Source: Raillietiella orientalis (Eukaryota). From it: a DNA stretch of 64,000 nucleotides. The notes below the pieces were generated by a model, which was not told the origin of the DNA, ran no database searches, and worked only from the letters and a program-made list of their open reading frames with translations. Positions 1-12,250 of this stretch are shown piece by piece; position 1 is the stretch's first letter, and each line of letters starts with the position of its first letter. Position numbers and translations under genes: made by a program. The stretch lies in NCBI GenBank assembly GCA_036172245.1, contig JAYWIR010000007.1:62001-126000 (forward strand), given 5' to 3'.

Positions 1-290
1 CCTTTTTTGCTTCCTTCTCTCTCTCTCTCCTTTTTTTTTTTTTTTTTTTTGTCCGTGTGCGTTTCCTCGTTCCCCAGCGCGCTTCAAACAGATACGACAA
101 CAACCATTTTGAAGTGCGGGCGCACTTGTTATTCGCGCGCGCGAGCGCGCGCCTCCCCCAGTAGTCAGTGCGATGGGGACGGTGAAGGCGGTGCCCTGCG
201 TGCTCCGCGTGGTCACCCCGAGATGCGAGGCAGCGAAGCGTGGGGAACAGCGACCGCAAGAACGCAGATGCTGGTAGAAGGTTGTAAAGC

Positions 291-457
291 ATGCTCGCCG
301 CCGCCTTGAATAGGGCCATATCCACCACCACCACCACGCCGCTGCTGCTTGTGATCGCACTCTGCCTGGTTTTCTCCTTGTCCTGCTCGCGGAGCCAGGA
401 CTTGTCGAGGGCCTACCACTACGTCAGCGAATTTCAAAGCTGCGACTGGAGTGGAAG
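291..457 (+). CDS. METRN: Meteorin-like secreted protein, exon 1 of 4; join(291..457,4921..5294,7848..7904,8051..8436), 327 aa
   Basis: ATG at 291; hydrophobic signal-like stretch PLLLVIALCLVFSLSC; CDWSG matches meteorin CSWRGS; donor AG|GTTTGT at 457/458, phase 2, joins exon 2 to give Ser-Gly-Leu. Confidence 0.85.
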
Positions 458-770
458 GTTTGTGTGCTGCTGCTGCTCGCGTGCCGGCGCGCCCCCCCAT
501 TCCCATTCCCATTGTTGCGTTCGCGTTGGGTTTCCTTGGCGACGGGTGCCACGCGACCGGGGGGGGATGGATGCCCGTCCGCTCTGCGGCCAAGAAGAAG
601 GGGCTCCAAGCATCGTCGTCGGTGCATAGAGAGAGGCAGCGCGCGCCTTTTTCCCTCTTCCTCTTCGCCGTCATCCTCTTCCTTACTCTTCTGTGCGTGT
701 TGGAGAGCTCGGGGAATCCAAAACCTCCTCGATGAGCCCCGCGAACCGGCCAGCCTGGAAATCTCGGTGA

Positions 771-840
771 TGCCGCCTTTTTTTTTTTTCTTCTTCTTCT
801 TCTTCTTCTTCTTCTTCTCCTCATCCCCCCCCTCCCCCCT
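771..840. repeat. Poly-T plus (TTC)n microsatellite and C-runs in meteorin intron 1
   Basis: T-run followed by about 10 TTC units, then CCCCCCCC runs, read directly. Confidence 0.85.
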
Positions 841-3800
841 TCAGCAACACGGCATGGCCGACCTGAAAAAGCCCAAAAGGCATTCTTCTCCCTCGTGTTT
901 TCACGTGACGTGAATCTTCTCTGCTGTGCGACCGCGCGGATGCTGCGCCAAATTGATGCGGCGGTTTGCGCACTTTTTGTGCACATTCTGTTTGTGGAAG
1001 TGCTGCACGCTGCGCGAGTGGTTCGATTTATTTCCCCCGGATGCTGCTGCCTGCACTCGGAACACGTGTCTTCCCACGATCCGAAAAGGGGGACGATTCG
1101 CAGAGGCACCAATAAATTTTTGGTGGAGTAGGGATGCGTAGCTGTTAAATCCCCCGCGTTCACGAGTGATTGATACCTCCATTCTGGGAGCTGTTCGCAG
1201 CGTATACACGAAATCAGCGCGCGGAGAGTACTTTTTTTTTTTTCTTGTACTCGGGGAGAGTCTCCTCGTGTTTCTGAAGTGTGGCACTTGGCGTTTCCCC
1301 CGGCGAACTTACAGCGTGGAAAAGATCAACAATGATGACCCTGATGACCCCGATGAGAGCGCGCCGGTAGTCTCTCCCTGTATGGATGGATGGATGGAGT
1401 TCCTATCGATTATTGATGCTGTTCTGTGCGCGACATGGACTGAAGAAAAGCAGTTGGTCAGAGTGCTGTAAAAGCTGCATGGGAATTGAGAGGGGGAGCC
1501 GGAAAAAAAAATACCTCGTGGAAACGTGGCCTCCTAGTGCCTGTTGGTGCCCGAATCGGAAACACGGAAAAACGTGTCCCATCCGTGGTCTGCTTGGGGG
1601 GTGGGGGTGGGGCTCGGAAAGTGGTGCTCACCACCGCCGAAGAGGAATGGAGGATCCGCGAAATCGCCGTTTCGCGCATTTTCCTTTTTTTTTTTTTTTT
1701 TTTGAAGTGGACTGTTTGAACAGTTTCCGAAATGATGGATTGCAAAAAAAAAAAAAAAAAAAAAAAGGAAAGAACCACGACGGGTTAAATGCTTTTCTCT
1801 CTCGCGAGTCTTTTTTGGTAGGGTGGCGGAACTCCAGTTCCGTTGGCATGGTGATTGCGAGTGCGTTGCCAGGCGTAAGTGTGAACCAGGAAGGCGGAGG
1901 GAACGTGAAAGAGTTTTTCGAGGGCTTATCCTCAGTTCCGAGGAAAAGCACTGCGTGCTTCCTGCTGATCGTTTGTGTTTTCCTTTTTTATGTGTGTGAT
2001 TGCGAAAAAGATGGATGGACGTTTCAGAGCTGCCAGGCCTTTTCAGTACTTTCGGATTTCTTTTTTAAAAGTGCTGACCGTTTTGCAGCGGTTCGATTTC
2101 TTTCTCTTTGTCCTTTTACGCCCTTTGAGAGAGAGCCTTTTGAATTCCGTTTCGCCGGTGGTGTTTTTTTTTCTTAAGATCTACGTTGTTTTTGTGCGTT
2201 TCGTCTTCTTCTATGCCGAACGTGATGGAAATCTCTGTTTAAAAATACGTTCATGCCGCAGCTCACGAGAGAGGCAGCGTCCAGGACCAGCCGAGAGCAG
2301 TTCTCGCCGACCGTGGATGTGAGAGAGGAGCACCTTTGATCTTCGGCTCCCCAAGTAAACACTTCCGACGGTCTTTCTTTCTTCTTTCGTGGTTCGAGTT
2401 GATGACCTTAAGCTCGGCTGTGCCGCCAATGGTCACGCGGAACGTGGCTTCCGTTTTTACCCCTCCCGTGCATCTGCCAGCGCCCGGGAGAGTCCGTCTT
2501 TTCGGTTTGCGGCCTCCTCGAGCTCCGGACAATCGCAGGTTGCGCAAAAAAGCTTCGTTTTCTTTCTTTCTTTTTCGTTTTTCATGCGTGCCCGGGCACG
2601 CACACAGCCTTCGCTACCCCGGGGGCAGAAAAGAAGAGATCCAAGGGAAGCGCGGTGCAGTCCGAGCTCGCGTTGCTCGTTGTGGATTCTCCAAGGAAGA
2701 CTCGGCCGAGAGCGCAAAGTGCCGAAACAGCCGAACGCAGGAGAGCGTGGATTCAGGTAGTTGCAGCAAAGATCGATCGTTTCGCGTGCTTCCGTCTTCT
2801 GGTTCCTCTCTCGTCTTGTTATCAGGTGATTTGTCACGTAACTGCGCTTTCGAGTGACGGTCGCTGCTGTGGCTGTTGGAATGCGTCGTGAAAGGAAGGG
2901 AAAAAGAGAAGCAAAAACAAAGCGCTTTATGACTGCTTAAGCACGCACGTGCTGTTTTCAAGCAACAGCAGGGACGGCAGCTTATTTCGTGGTCTCTTTT
3001 GTCTTCAGGATCCTCCGATCGGTCTTTGTTTTCCTCCCCTCTGTGCATACGAGCTGTCGACCCCCTCCTCCGCCCGTCCCGCCCCGCCCTTCCCCGCCCT
3101 GATCTGCCCTCTCTTCTCCAGTTTCGTTGGCTTGGCTCAGAGCGAGGCGGCCTCTGAATCGAACGGTGAAGACCAAACTGTGAGGACCACGTCGTCTGTC
3201 CCTTCAACGAGAATGAGAACTCCCTTAATCACCCCCGTACGGAACCACATCGGCGCATTCTCGACGAAAGAAGCGCCTCGTTTCGGCCTTCCAAAGAGGG
3301 GAGGGGGGCATCGTTCACGTAGGGCAGAAACGAAGGGTGAAACGATGACCAGGCGACGGCCTTCCCGGATCGTCGAGAGGTCGCTGGAACTGGAAGAGGA
3401 AGGGAAGAGGAGGAAGAAAAAAAAGAGGAAGAGGACAGGGAGGGGCCGACTGCAATCACGAGAAGGCGGGCATCACAGCGCGAAGAGGATCCAGAGAAGC
3501 AGGAAACGCGGCTAGGGAGACCCCCTTCGACCCCATCCCTCCTCAGTCGTCGTGGATTATTTGAAGCGGCGATTAGTCACGCCTGGTTGGTGCCTTCGTG
3601 GATAAGGACGCCGGCCCTCACGCTGGAATATCTCCGGCCAAGGCGAAAAGTGCGTCTTCGTGGTCTCCCTTCTGGAAAGGGGACTTTGCAAGGCGGTGAT
3701 TTCGAAAACAAACAGCTCCGTGTCGTTCCGCTGGCCAGCTCCAGTCAAGACGCCGCGGTCGCGGAATGCCCGTGGCATGAAAGGGGAAGGCGACGGGAAT

Positions 3801-4245
3801 TTGTTGCGGAAGAGGAGGAGCCTCAGCACGTTGTTGACTTTGCAAGAGTCGCTCGAGGTACTCTCTTCAGCGTGACATGCGAAAACTCGTGGTCGGTTGG
3901 ATGGCCATCTGGCGGTTTTTCCTTTTTCTTTCCTTTCTTTTCCCCTTTCCTGTCTGGCTTCCGACATTGGTCCGCGAGTCCCGTCCACATATGCAGGATG
4001 CTTTTCAGTTTCTCTACAGGGTTGTCTAGGGAATGCAGATTTGGTGGGTCTCGATGTTCCTCTGGGCTCCTCGAAACGCTTCACGTCAGCGTGCCTTTCC
4101 TGGGCAACGAAGGCTCTCCTTTTCCAACTTTATTTTCAAAGTAACCAGTCGCAATAGGACAAATAAAGAGGGGAGGCGCTTCCCCATCATCGGTGCTGCT
4201 TTCCCGGTCATTGAAATTGCATTAACAGGGATGGCGCGATAGGCT

Positions 4246-4620
4246 TCACTTATCGGGACGCCCGGTGTTGCAGAGGCAGTTCTTCGTCGTCTTCCTCATC
4301 TCCGTCCAAGAGCTGCTCGTCTTCATGAGGCTGCCGCACGTTTGGGGCGTCATCCGGAAATCGTCCCAGCCCCGATGTGTCCAGTGGGTATCACGGGTGT
4401 AGCGAATGCATGAGGTGTTCTCATTTGACCCGCATGCATCCACGGTGTACCCAGTTCACGGAGGACTGCTTCAAGAGCTGGGGTCCCGAGCTCCCAAAGG
4501 TCCAGTCGTCATGGCCTTTTTTAACGACTCCTTTCTTGGACTGCTAGTTGGCAGCATCTTGGTATTTGGCGGCGAGGGGTCTCATCTTTCCCACCTTGTG
4601 TGCTCCGCTTTTGGTCTCAG
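4246..4620 (-). mobile_element. Decayed 3' end of a non-LTR retrotransposon ORF2 (R1-like) in intron 1
   Basis: Minus-strand DACGSNENTSCI...TPQTCGSLMKTSSSWTEM resembles the R1-type C-terminus (CxxC..ET..H, then TPxNxxxxMxxSxxxW). Upstream GHDDWTF..QLL resembles HGxxDFxxTQLL. GC is lower than the flanks. Confidence 0.4.
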
Positions 4621-4920
4621 CGCAGAGGCTTAGAAGCGACGCCACGGCAGCTAAGCGCGCAGGAGTTCCCCCTCGTTCCAGCCCCAGCTCCCGGATGCGC
4701 ATTCTAACCCGCTGACGGCGACGTCACTCTCTCCCCCGGGGAGAAAGCCGATGTGTCACCACCGCCGCCGCGTTCGCTTTCCTCCCTCCTTGTGCCAACA
4801 GGAGGCGATCTCCGCCCGTTCGTTGAAACCAACTGGAACAACTCTGTCAGAGTTAATTTGCTCTCTTCTCGACAGGCCCATGCATTGATAATTAATGATT
4901 CTTGTTGTGTCACGTTTCAG

Positions 4921-5294
4921 CGGGCTGGATGAAAGAGGCATTCGCCCCGTTTATCTTCGATGCACGCAAGGGGAAGTCCAGTGGAAATATCCCAAGGGAG
5001 CTTTGAGGATCGTGTTCCGATACGCCTCCAAGAACATAGATTTCCAAATCTGCATCAAGGCGAATGAAGGCTTCCGCGGGGCGCGGATCTACCGCGAAAA
5101 GCACCACGACTTGCAGCTGCTCTTTGCGGTCGGAGACGGCAGGCCGTTGTTGCTGTCCCGGTGTTTCGAATCCAGCAACAGCGAGGCCATCCTTTACGTG
5201 GAAGCGGACCTGATGAATCAGACCGCAAGTGCCCAAACCGCCGGGTGGCGGTACCAGTTGCGAGGGCTGAGCGCCGACCTCCACGAACTCAACG
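4921..5294 (+). CDS. METRN: Meteorin-like protein, exon 2
   Basis: Acceptor GTTTCAG ends 4920; translation SGLDERGIRPVYLRCTQGEVQWKYPKGALRI...ILYVEA...WRYQL matches the meteorin pattern LxCxxGxVxWxYPxGALR; donor G|GTAAGG at 5294/5295, phase 1. Confidence 0.92.
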
Positions 5295-5360
5295 GTAAGG
5301 CCTTCTCTTCCCCTCTTCTGGTGCGACCAGCTTTTTGTCGAGAGCGCGCGAGTCGCCACC

Positions 5361-5385
5361 GAGAGAGAGAGAGAGAGAGAGAGAG
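5361..5385. repeat. (GA)n microsatellite
   Basis: About 12 GA units just downstream of exon 2. Confidence 0.9.
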
Positions 5386-6329
5386 ACCCTCCCCGAATGA
5401 CTGCTGCACTTTTGGGCGTCGCTTGGACCGAGCGGCGCCAAACGCCTCAGGCCCGGAGCGAGCGCGACGCCTTGCGGATTTCCCTCCTCCCGGAATCCGG
5501 AGTCGTCGAACGCCGGGTTGCGATGGCACGCCGTCACGTATTTCCCAGCTCAAGGACCACCTTTGCAAACCTCCGAGAACGCCCACGCAACGCGTGCCCG
5601 TTTTCGTCGTTCTCTCCTGCGACGTTTGAGGTCGGGCGTGCGGAAGAAGCTTCCCGCCGTTTCTGCCTGCCTTTCCACGGGTGGCTGCAAGCCGTCCTAG
5701 AGCCACGCGGTGGTGTCTGGAGGTAGCCGGGGGTGCGCCGAAGCAGCCGGCTTCTTTCACAGGAAGCTGAGCACAGCCCCATGCCGGCAACGTCTCGTCG
5801 GCCGCAAAGCCGGTGACCACCGCCGCCACCCTGGCCACCAATTGCTCCGCGCCCGCCGCTTTTCGTCTGTGTCCGAGGCACCGACGAGACTGCCATTTGG
5901 CATTCCCCGCGCGTCTTTGTGGATCGCTGCGCCGCCAACAAAGCCGAAGGTTAACGAAGTGCGTTCCTCGCTGGGATTTCGATCTCGCCGATCGTTTTTC
6001 GAGAGCGCGAAAGGGTATCCCAGGGAGGGTCAGGAGGATATTGCGCCCACTTTGCCCAGGATCCTTGCTTGCGTGCGGGGAAATTCAAAAGCCCAGCCGT
6101 CGCTCTCCAGTGCGCGCGTGGAGAGAGCTTCCTGTTGTGAAATCCGGGAGTGATTTTTTGGTGGTCCCTCCTGAATTGTGCGCGCGCACAGCGTTTCGCA
6201 CGCTCACGGGAAGCTCCTGGAGATGCGTTTCGTTTCCACCACCACCCCGCGCATGTGCCCCACTCTTGTCCACTTGACACTCTTTACCACCGACCTCGAC
6301 TACTCCTGTTCCTAACGCCTTGTCAGCTG

Positions 6330-6860
6330 CTTTTGTCTTCTTGTCTTCTGCTGCCTCTTAGCTCTGGCTAACCAAAGAGGAAAGCGTTTAGACGCCAAGT
6401 TCGGGAACGTATCCAAGAAGGGCTCGACGTGCGGGTCCGCGGATCTGAAAAGGGTGCAGGCGGGGCGGCTGATCACGCTCGTTGGCAGCGGCTTCTGGTT
6501 TCCGTTCACCTACGGAGATTGTTAGAGGTCTCCAGGGCAGAGATGGCATGTGATTTCAGCCGGCCACGTGCACCTCAGTCTTGGTCGCTGAACTCCTGGA
6601 GTATCCGGTTCATTAGAAGGGCCACTTGTCTTCAGACAGGACCTTCCCTGCAATTGCAAATAAGACATCCGAGGTCTTGACAGAGGTCACTTATCGGTGG
6701 CAAACCGAAAACCTTTGATGCTTTCCTTACGAGAACAGCGAATGCGTCTCTCCATTCGGCCTCGAAACTCTGGCCACTCTACTGCATATCGGGGTCTCAA
6801 GAGTACTGCAAGAATGTCGCCTCACATCCTCTTTTCCACAAGAAGCGAAAGCGACTGGAC
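6330..6860 (-). mobile_element. Decayed non-LTR reverse transcriptase fragment (domains 0-2) in intron 2
   Basis: Frameshifted minus-strand segments in the correct order: EWRDAFAVLVRK (WKxAxVVxIxK), AIAGKVLS (GKVL), LLMNRI...SDQD*GARGRLKSHAISAL (QxGFRxGRSxxDAI). Confidence 0.55.
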
Positions 6861-7847
6861 GGGAAGGGTGGATTGGCATGCTGTCCTCTCTGGTCTCTTC
6901 GGATCTGTCTCTCTGCCTGCAGGTATCCGCTGCGTGAACGGGGAACGTTCTGCTTTCGTTCTTCCAGTTTGCCCGTTCACCCTTCCCCCCCCCCCGCCGC
7001 TTCGAGGCATAGCGTGCGGAAGTGGGTCCCGGGGGTGATGGACGCTTCCCGGCAGAACTGCATTCGTGGTGGCAGGCGGCGCCTCCGCCCAAATCGTGGC
7101 CGACCTCTCCCTACCGCTTCGGTCGACTTCCGCGCAGGGAACGCTCCCCAAGAAAAGAGCGGACGCATTCTTAGCCACAGGAAGAGCTGGCCGGGCACCT
7201 CCTTGAGGACGGGCTTTTCGAGGTCCGATCCTTTTACGTCCGCTTTTGCACGCAAGCGCAAAAGCAACCCTGGGATTCGTGAACGCGGCGGCTCCGGCTC
7301 CCGTGTTCGACGGTGTTTCGCCGCCTTCCTCCTGCAGTGTGCGGAGCGAGCACGGCTTGTCGAGCTTCGGAGCGGAGGAGGCGTGCGCAGTCGTGTCGAT
7401 TCGCCCACGCGTGTGTCGGCTGCTCCGGTTGAAGGTCGGAAGGTTGTCTGAGCCTTCTTATGCGCCCTCCTCATTCCGGGAACGTTGCTGCTGCTTCCAG
7501 GCGCGTGCATCCCGAATCGTTCCTATCCTGCAGTCGTCGCTGTCGTGGTTTTACCATTCCTCCGTTCTGTTTGTTTGTTTTTAGCCCTGTCCACTTGCCA
7601 GCCGTCTCGGAGGCATCGGACCGGGCAGTGCCGTGTGGTTGGGTTGCGATTTGTCACGCCGGGGAGTTCGTTTCACGGAGAGACGCAACCGGGAACGGAG
7701 TCCCTTCCCCCAAAGGGAAGGGGGAGGGAGGACTTCGCGGGGAGGGATGTGCGCGACGTGTCTCGTGAGCTTTCGGTTCGCGCCGCGTGCCGCGGACTCC
7801 GACCCGAACGACTTCTTGAATTTCATGTTTTGTTTTTTCCCCTGCAG

Positions 7848-7904
7848 ATTGCCGCCCGTGCTCCGAAGAAGAGCTGCTTCGCGCCTACTGCACCAGTGAC
7901 TTTG
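7848..7904 (+). CDS. METRN: Meteorin-like protein, exon 3 (57 nt)
   Basis: Polypyrimidine tract plus CTGCAG acceptor ends 7847; encodes DCRPCSEEELLRAYCTSDF, the meteorin CRPCS...CTSDF motif; donor G|GTACGT; phases agree with both neighbours. Confidence 0.92.
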
Positions 7905-8050
7905 GTACGTCGTTTCCTCCCTTTGCCCCCATGCCGCGCGCGTTCGCATGGGTCTCGGGAACTGGAAGGGCGGGTGGGGGGCTCCCTGATTGCAGCTCCC
8001 TGGGGCGTTCCTGCCCGACTCGCCGTCGACGAGTCCCTGTTTTCTTCCAG

Positions 8051-8436
8051 TGGTGCGAGGCAGGATCGCCAACCTGTTCAACAATCCCTCTTTCGACCGG
8101 ACAGAGATACTCGTCGCCGCCACCAAAGTCCACCGTCAGACGTCGCCCGTTTTCGTGCAGAATAGCGCGTTCCCGCCTCCCCCCTTCGCATCGCTGCTCT
8201 CCAGGCGGCAGCAGCAGCAGCAGCCCGCCTCCAAGAATCCGGCTGCTGGCGTCTATGGAACCGTGTACTTTCCCCTGAGGTGCAAGGTGAAACCCGATCC
8301 CGAAGAGTTCGTGTTCATGGGTACCTTGAGACTCGGCGACCCCATGGTGCAGTGCGCGCTCCCGAAACTGCAGTGGGTTCGCCTGAAGCGGCGCGCCATG
8401 TCCGGCGGTCAAGCCCACTGCGTGTTGGAACTCTGA
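8051..8436 (+). CDS. METRN: Meteorin-like protein, exon 4 (C-terminal domain, stop TGA)
   Basis: Acceptor TTTCTTCCAG ends 8050; VVRGRI...KVHRQT...PLRCKVKPDPEEFVFMG...CALP...W...HCVLEL*. The spliced CDS totals 984 nt (327 aa plus stop). Confidence 0.9.
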
Positions 8437-10339
8437 CGCGTGTCTCAGCTCCCCTCCCTCCCCCATGCCAAAAGTCACATCCAGTCTTTCAGTGTACCTG
8501 CGAAAGTACCCAGGTGCCATACGCCCAGATTTATTATGCAGAGCTATTAAAGAAAAGATAATTCCTAAAAGATAATTCTTTCCTAAAGATAATTACCTGC
8601 GGAAAGCCGTTGCAGTCATTTTAGAAAGAAGAAGAAAAAAAGAAAAAAAAACAACAACCGTGAATTCGCGTGCCAAACGAGATAGATGACAGTCCTCAGC
8701 AAGCTGGAGTGTTGCGTCGCAGGTGACCTTCTCCTACCCATGATGTGCAGTGACAGTGAACAACGTCCCCACGGAAGGACTGTCACGGGAACGTGGCGCT
8801 TCGTGTGTACAGTCCGATGTTGTTCAGCTGGCGTTTCAGCGCCGTCGCGGCATGCCGCGACGATCTTTGCTGATGGCAATAAAAATCGACCCGGGCGCAT
8901 GCGTGCTGCTGGACACACACACCCGTTGTGCACTTTCTGGGGGGAGGGAGGGGGAAACAGAAAGCCCCCCAGGGATCGGAGCGGCAGGCGCCGTTCTTGC
9001 CCGCGCGTGCTGCCGAAGGTTCCCCCCTTCCGCCTGAGGGGGAACTTCCGTCTACTCTTCGTCATCCTCCCCCACTGCGTGTCGACGTCGAGATCTTTGA
9101 CGAAGGACGAACACCGGCGAGGATGTCGGCGGGGGTTTCGCTCGCGGATAAGCGGGAGAGGCTGCAGCGGGAAAGAAAGATGGCGCGAGGGGGTTCGTTG
9201 CCCCGTCTTTCGCTTTGCTTTGCCCGTGCAGTTTTCTGGGGACGAAAGGACCATGGGGAGTCGGATGGGGGTGGGAAGCTGCCAAGCCGCGCATGCCCTT
9301 TGTTTTGGGTACTGACCCGGAAACCACCAGCTCCCGGCGCTCGCCTCCCACCCTTTAGGCGGTGAGTAGGGATGGGGAGGGAGACGGTTCCGACCACTGC
9401 AGAGAGGTGGTGGTGGTTCGGGGAAGGAGCGTGGTGGCTCCTATGCTACGATGATGTCCGCAGGTCGTCCCCTTCCTCCCCTCCTCTGTGGGACGGAGAG
9501 AATGTGGGTCTCCACAAGCCACCGAACGACTGAGCAGCAGGCGGTTTCCCCGGGGCGCGTGCTCTCGAGGGGTCGCGTCCCCGTCCCATCCCCCCACTCC
9601 CCGAAGACAAACAAAGCGGGACGGCTGCACCTCGTCCTCCGACCCGACTTCGGATCCATAAAAGGCGAATTGCTTTATTCCCTACTTTTGTTCCTTCGCC
9701 CCCATTGCGGGGGTGAAGTGGAAGATGCGGGGCGCGAGGGAGGACCGGCAGAGACAACGACCTCGCCACTGAGGGGCTCTCTCATCTTCCTGCCTACTTC
9801 CCCTGTCCGCGCGCTCTCCGCGACTGCCCGGGGGGGGGGATCTCGTCGCCGCCTACCATCTCCCCAACTTTTCCTCTGGCGGCGCCGGGGGGAAGGCGGG
9901 GAATCCGGGCGCAATCGCTTGCAAGAACGCCCTAGGGAGCAGCGCGGTCCTATCCGCGGGGCGAGCGCGCGCATTCCTCCCGCTCCTCCCTTCCGCCTGC
10001 CTCCTGCTTGCGCACGCGCGCACGGCGCCGATCGGCAGCCCCTTAATGAAGACGAGGGAGCCGCAGCGGAAAGGACTGGCTCGCGTCCACAACAGCAGCC
10101 GCGACGCGTGGGAGGGCAACACGCAGTCCGGAGGACGGAGGGCGAGGCTCCTTGCATCTGCCCTGGCCTTCCGATCTGCATGGACCTCCCTTCGCACCAC
10201 CCGCCGCGCGGCGACGAAGTAGGTTTCCGTAGTTTCAAAGGGGAGGGCGCACAGCGCACGCCAGCCTCTCTCCCCTTCCTTCCTTCCCGTTCACGGCCCC
10301 TCGCAGCCGAAAACCCTCTCAGGGCACGCAGGGGGCTCT

Positions 10340-12250
10340 CAGAATGAGCGCGACCTCGCCGCTCCCTCGCCTCGACCTTTGCATAGCAACGGCGGACCCT
10401 CTTGATTTGTTGCCGCCCTCAGCCGGGAATGCGGGGGTGGCAGCAGACTGTCGTCGCCAAGGAGGGAATTTTTTGTCCCTTGCGTTCCGCCGTGTCAGCA
10501 GGTCGCCCATGGGGGGAGAAGTGAGTTCGGGATCGGTGGCTCCCGGGAGCTAGAAGCTGCTCACTGAGGCCCGCGGGCGCACTTGTGACTACTACTCTTC
10601 TCTCCTTCCTCCCTTCCTCTTCCTCCTCGTTTTCCTCCTGCCACAAACGCGCGCACGCGTCTTGCAGTCTTGCAGACTGCGGATGGCAACAATCGAGGAT
10701 CCTCCCACCGTTGCTATGCGGAACACCGGGGAGAGAGGGCGGCGAGTGAGGGAGGAATTGAGACTCGCCGCCAGCTGTTGCCCTGTTCCGCTCCTCCGGA
10801 GGCGAGTCCGGGACCCCCGCGGACCCGCATCTCCCAAGTCGACCTCCCCCCTGGTTTCCTTTTGTCCCGTTCCTCCCCAGATGAAGCGCTAATGGGCCGA
10901 AGAGCGGAACGCAGGAGGGCGAATGACCCGTGACCACTGGACGCCTCCGCACCGTCCCCCTCTTTTCGCCGCCGCTAGTCAGCAGAGCGTCCAACCGAAA
11001 GCTGCGGACAGCGCCTCTTCGTCCGCAGAGCTGCGGTTGGCATGGGAACGTCTGCCCCGGGTGGACGCGTTGGGCGCTGCAGGCGGAAGGGAATGAAGAC
11101 GTAGGGGGCGGGGCAAGGGTGAGCATGGAGAAGGCTTCCGGGAAGACTCTGCTCTTTGCCAGAGGAGCCCCTCGCAAGCCTTGCGGCGCCTCATAACCGG
11201 GACGAGTGTGGTTCCCGTTCGAAAAGAGTGTGGTTCTTCGAAAGGGACTATCCGTCCCCTTCGAAGATGCTGCAGGTGGGAGGGCACGGGAAGATGGGGC
11301 GCCCGTGCGCCTCCTCGGACGGGCTCCCCCCGCCCTCCCACTGCAGGCGCCATCTTGTGCGGCCGGCGCGAGGCAGTTCGCGCGACGACCCTTGCTGATG
11401 GCCTCATCCCAGTCCTGGCAGGCGGAGCGAGGTAGTCAGCGCCTAACTGAGGAAAGAAGCGGCTCGGGCCGGACGTGGAAGTGGAATCTGCGATCTTCCC
11501 GTTCGGAGGTGGGGACGGTGTGCCCTGCCGCCGCCAATGGCCGCTTGCAGCGCTGAGGCGTCCCTACCGAAGCGCACCCCCTGGGAACTCGCAAGCGTGC
11601 GCTCGCGCTTTCCGAAGGGCAGGGAGGGAGGAGAAATAGGATCTCAGCTCTTCCCCGCCCCTTCGCGAGTCCTCCGCCGCGGCGAAGGTCGAGCCGCACG
11701 GCTCTCGGACCCCTCGGGTGGCCCCTCTGCCATCGCCGGAGGGCGACCTTGGTCTCCGACTTCTCTCCGTCGACGCCCCCCCGAGATGCAGCTGCTACTG
11801 CTGCAGTTCAGGGTCGAGGAGTGACCTGTTCGTCCCTTCCGGACGCTCCCGGACACCTGGAGCGGTCCGCTCCTGGCTTCCTAGACTCCCCTGGCCGATC
11901 GCACAGCTTTGCCCCCCCCCCTTCCTCCCCAGGACAGGTCCTCGTCCTCTTCCGAGGCGTGCTGCCCTACGCGGGCGCGCCTCTCACACTTCCCTTCTCC
12001 CCTTCCCGCCGCTCTTTCCCTCTTCCTTGTCTGTCGACTACGCGTTTCCTCGGGGCGTTGGCGTTGCAGGGAAACCTCTCGATAGCCGACGGCGATCCTG
12101 AGACCTTTGGGACGTTCTACGGCCATTGTCATCCGGACGGCGACCTCGACTGCGGCCACGAACCTACCTCTCCCTCCTATATGGCTCGGGATGCGGTCGC
12201 TTCGAGCGCCGGGAACTCAGCGGGAGAAGAGCCTCCGGAGTTCCGCCTGG
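10340..12250 (+). mobile_element. Highly decayed LINE relic (endonuclease, RT-start and post-RT motifs)
   Basis: Colinear remnants: LDLCIAT at 10371 (IDLTxAT), VVPVRK...TIRPL at ~11208-11262 (VVPIxK...YRPI), IRTATSTAATNLPLPPIWL at ~12130-12185 (RTTSTxAL...LPPI). Confidence 0.4.

Noticed and set aside
4895..5629. 244-aa ORF as a stand-alone gene
   Set aside because: Only 4921-5294 is meteorin-like; the rest is intron read-through including a (GA)n repeat.
7585..7670. Alternative meteorin exon 3 after TTTTTAG (ALSTCQPS...)
   Set aside because: 7848-7904 gives the full CRPC...CTSDF motif with matching phases.
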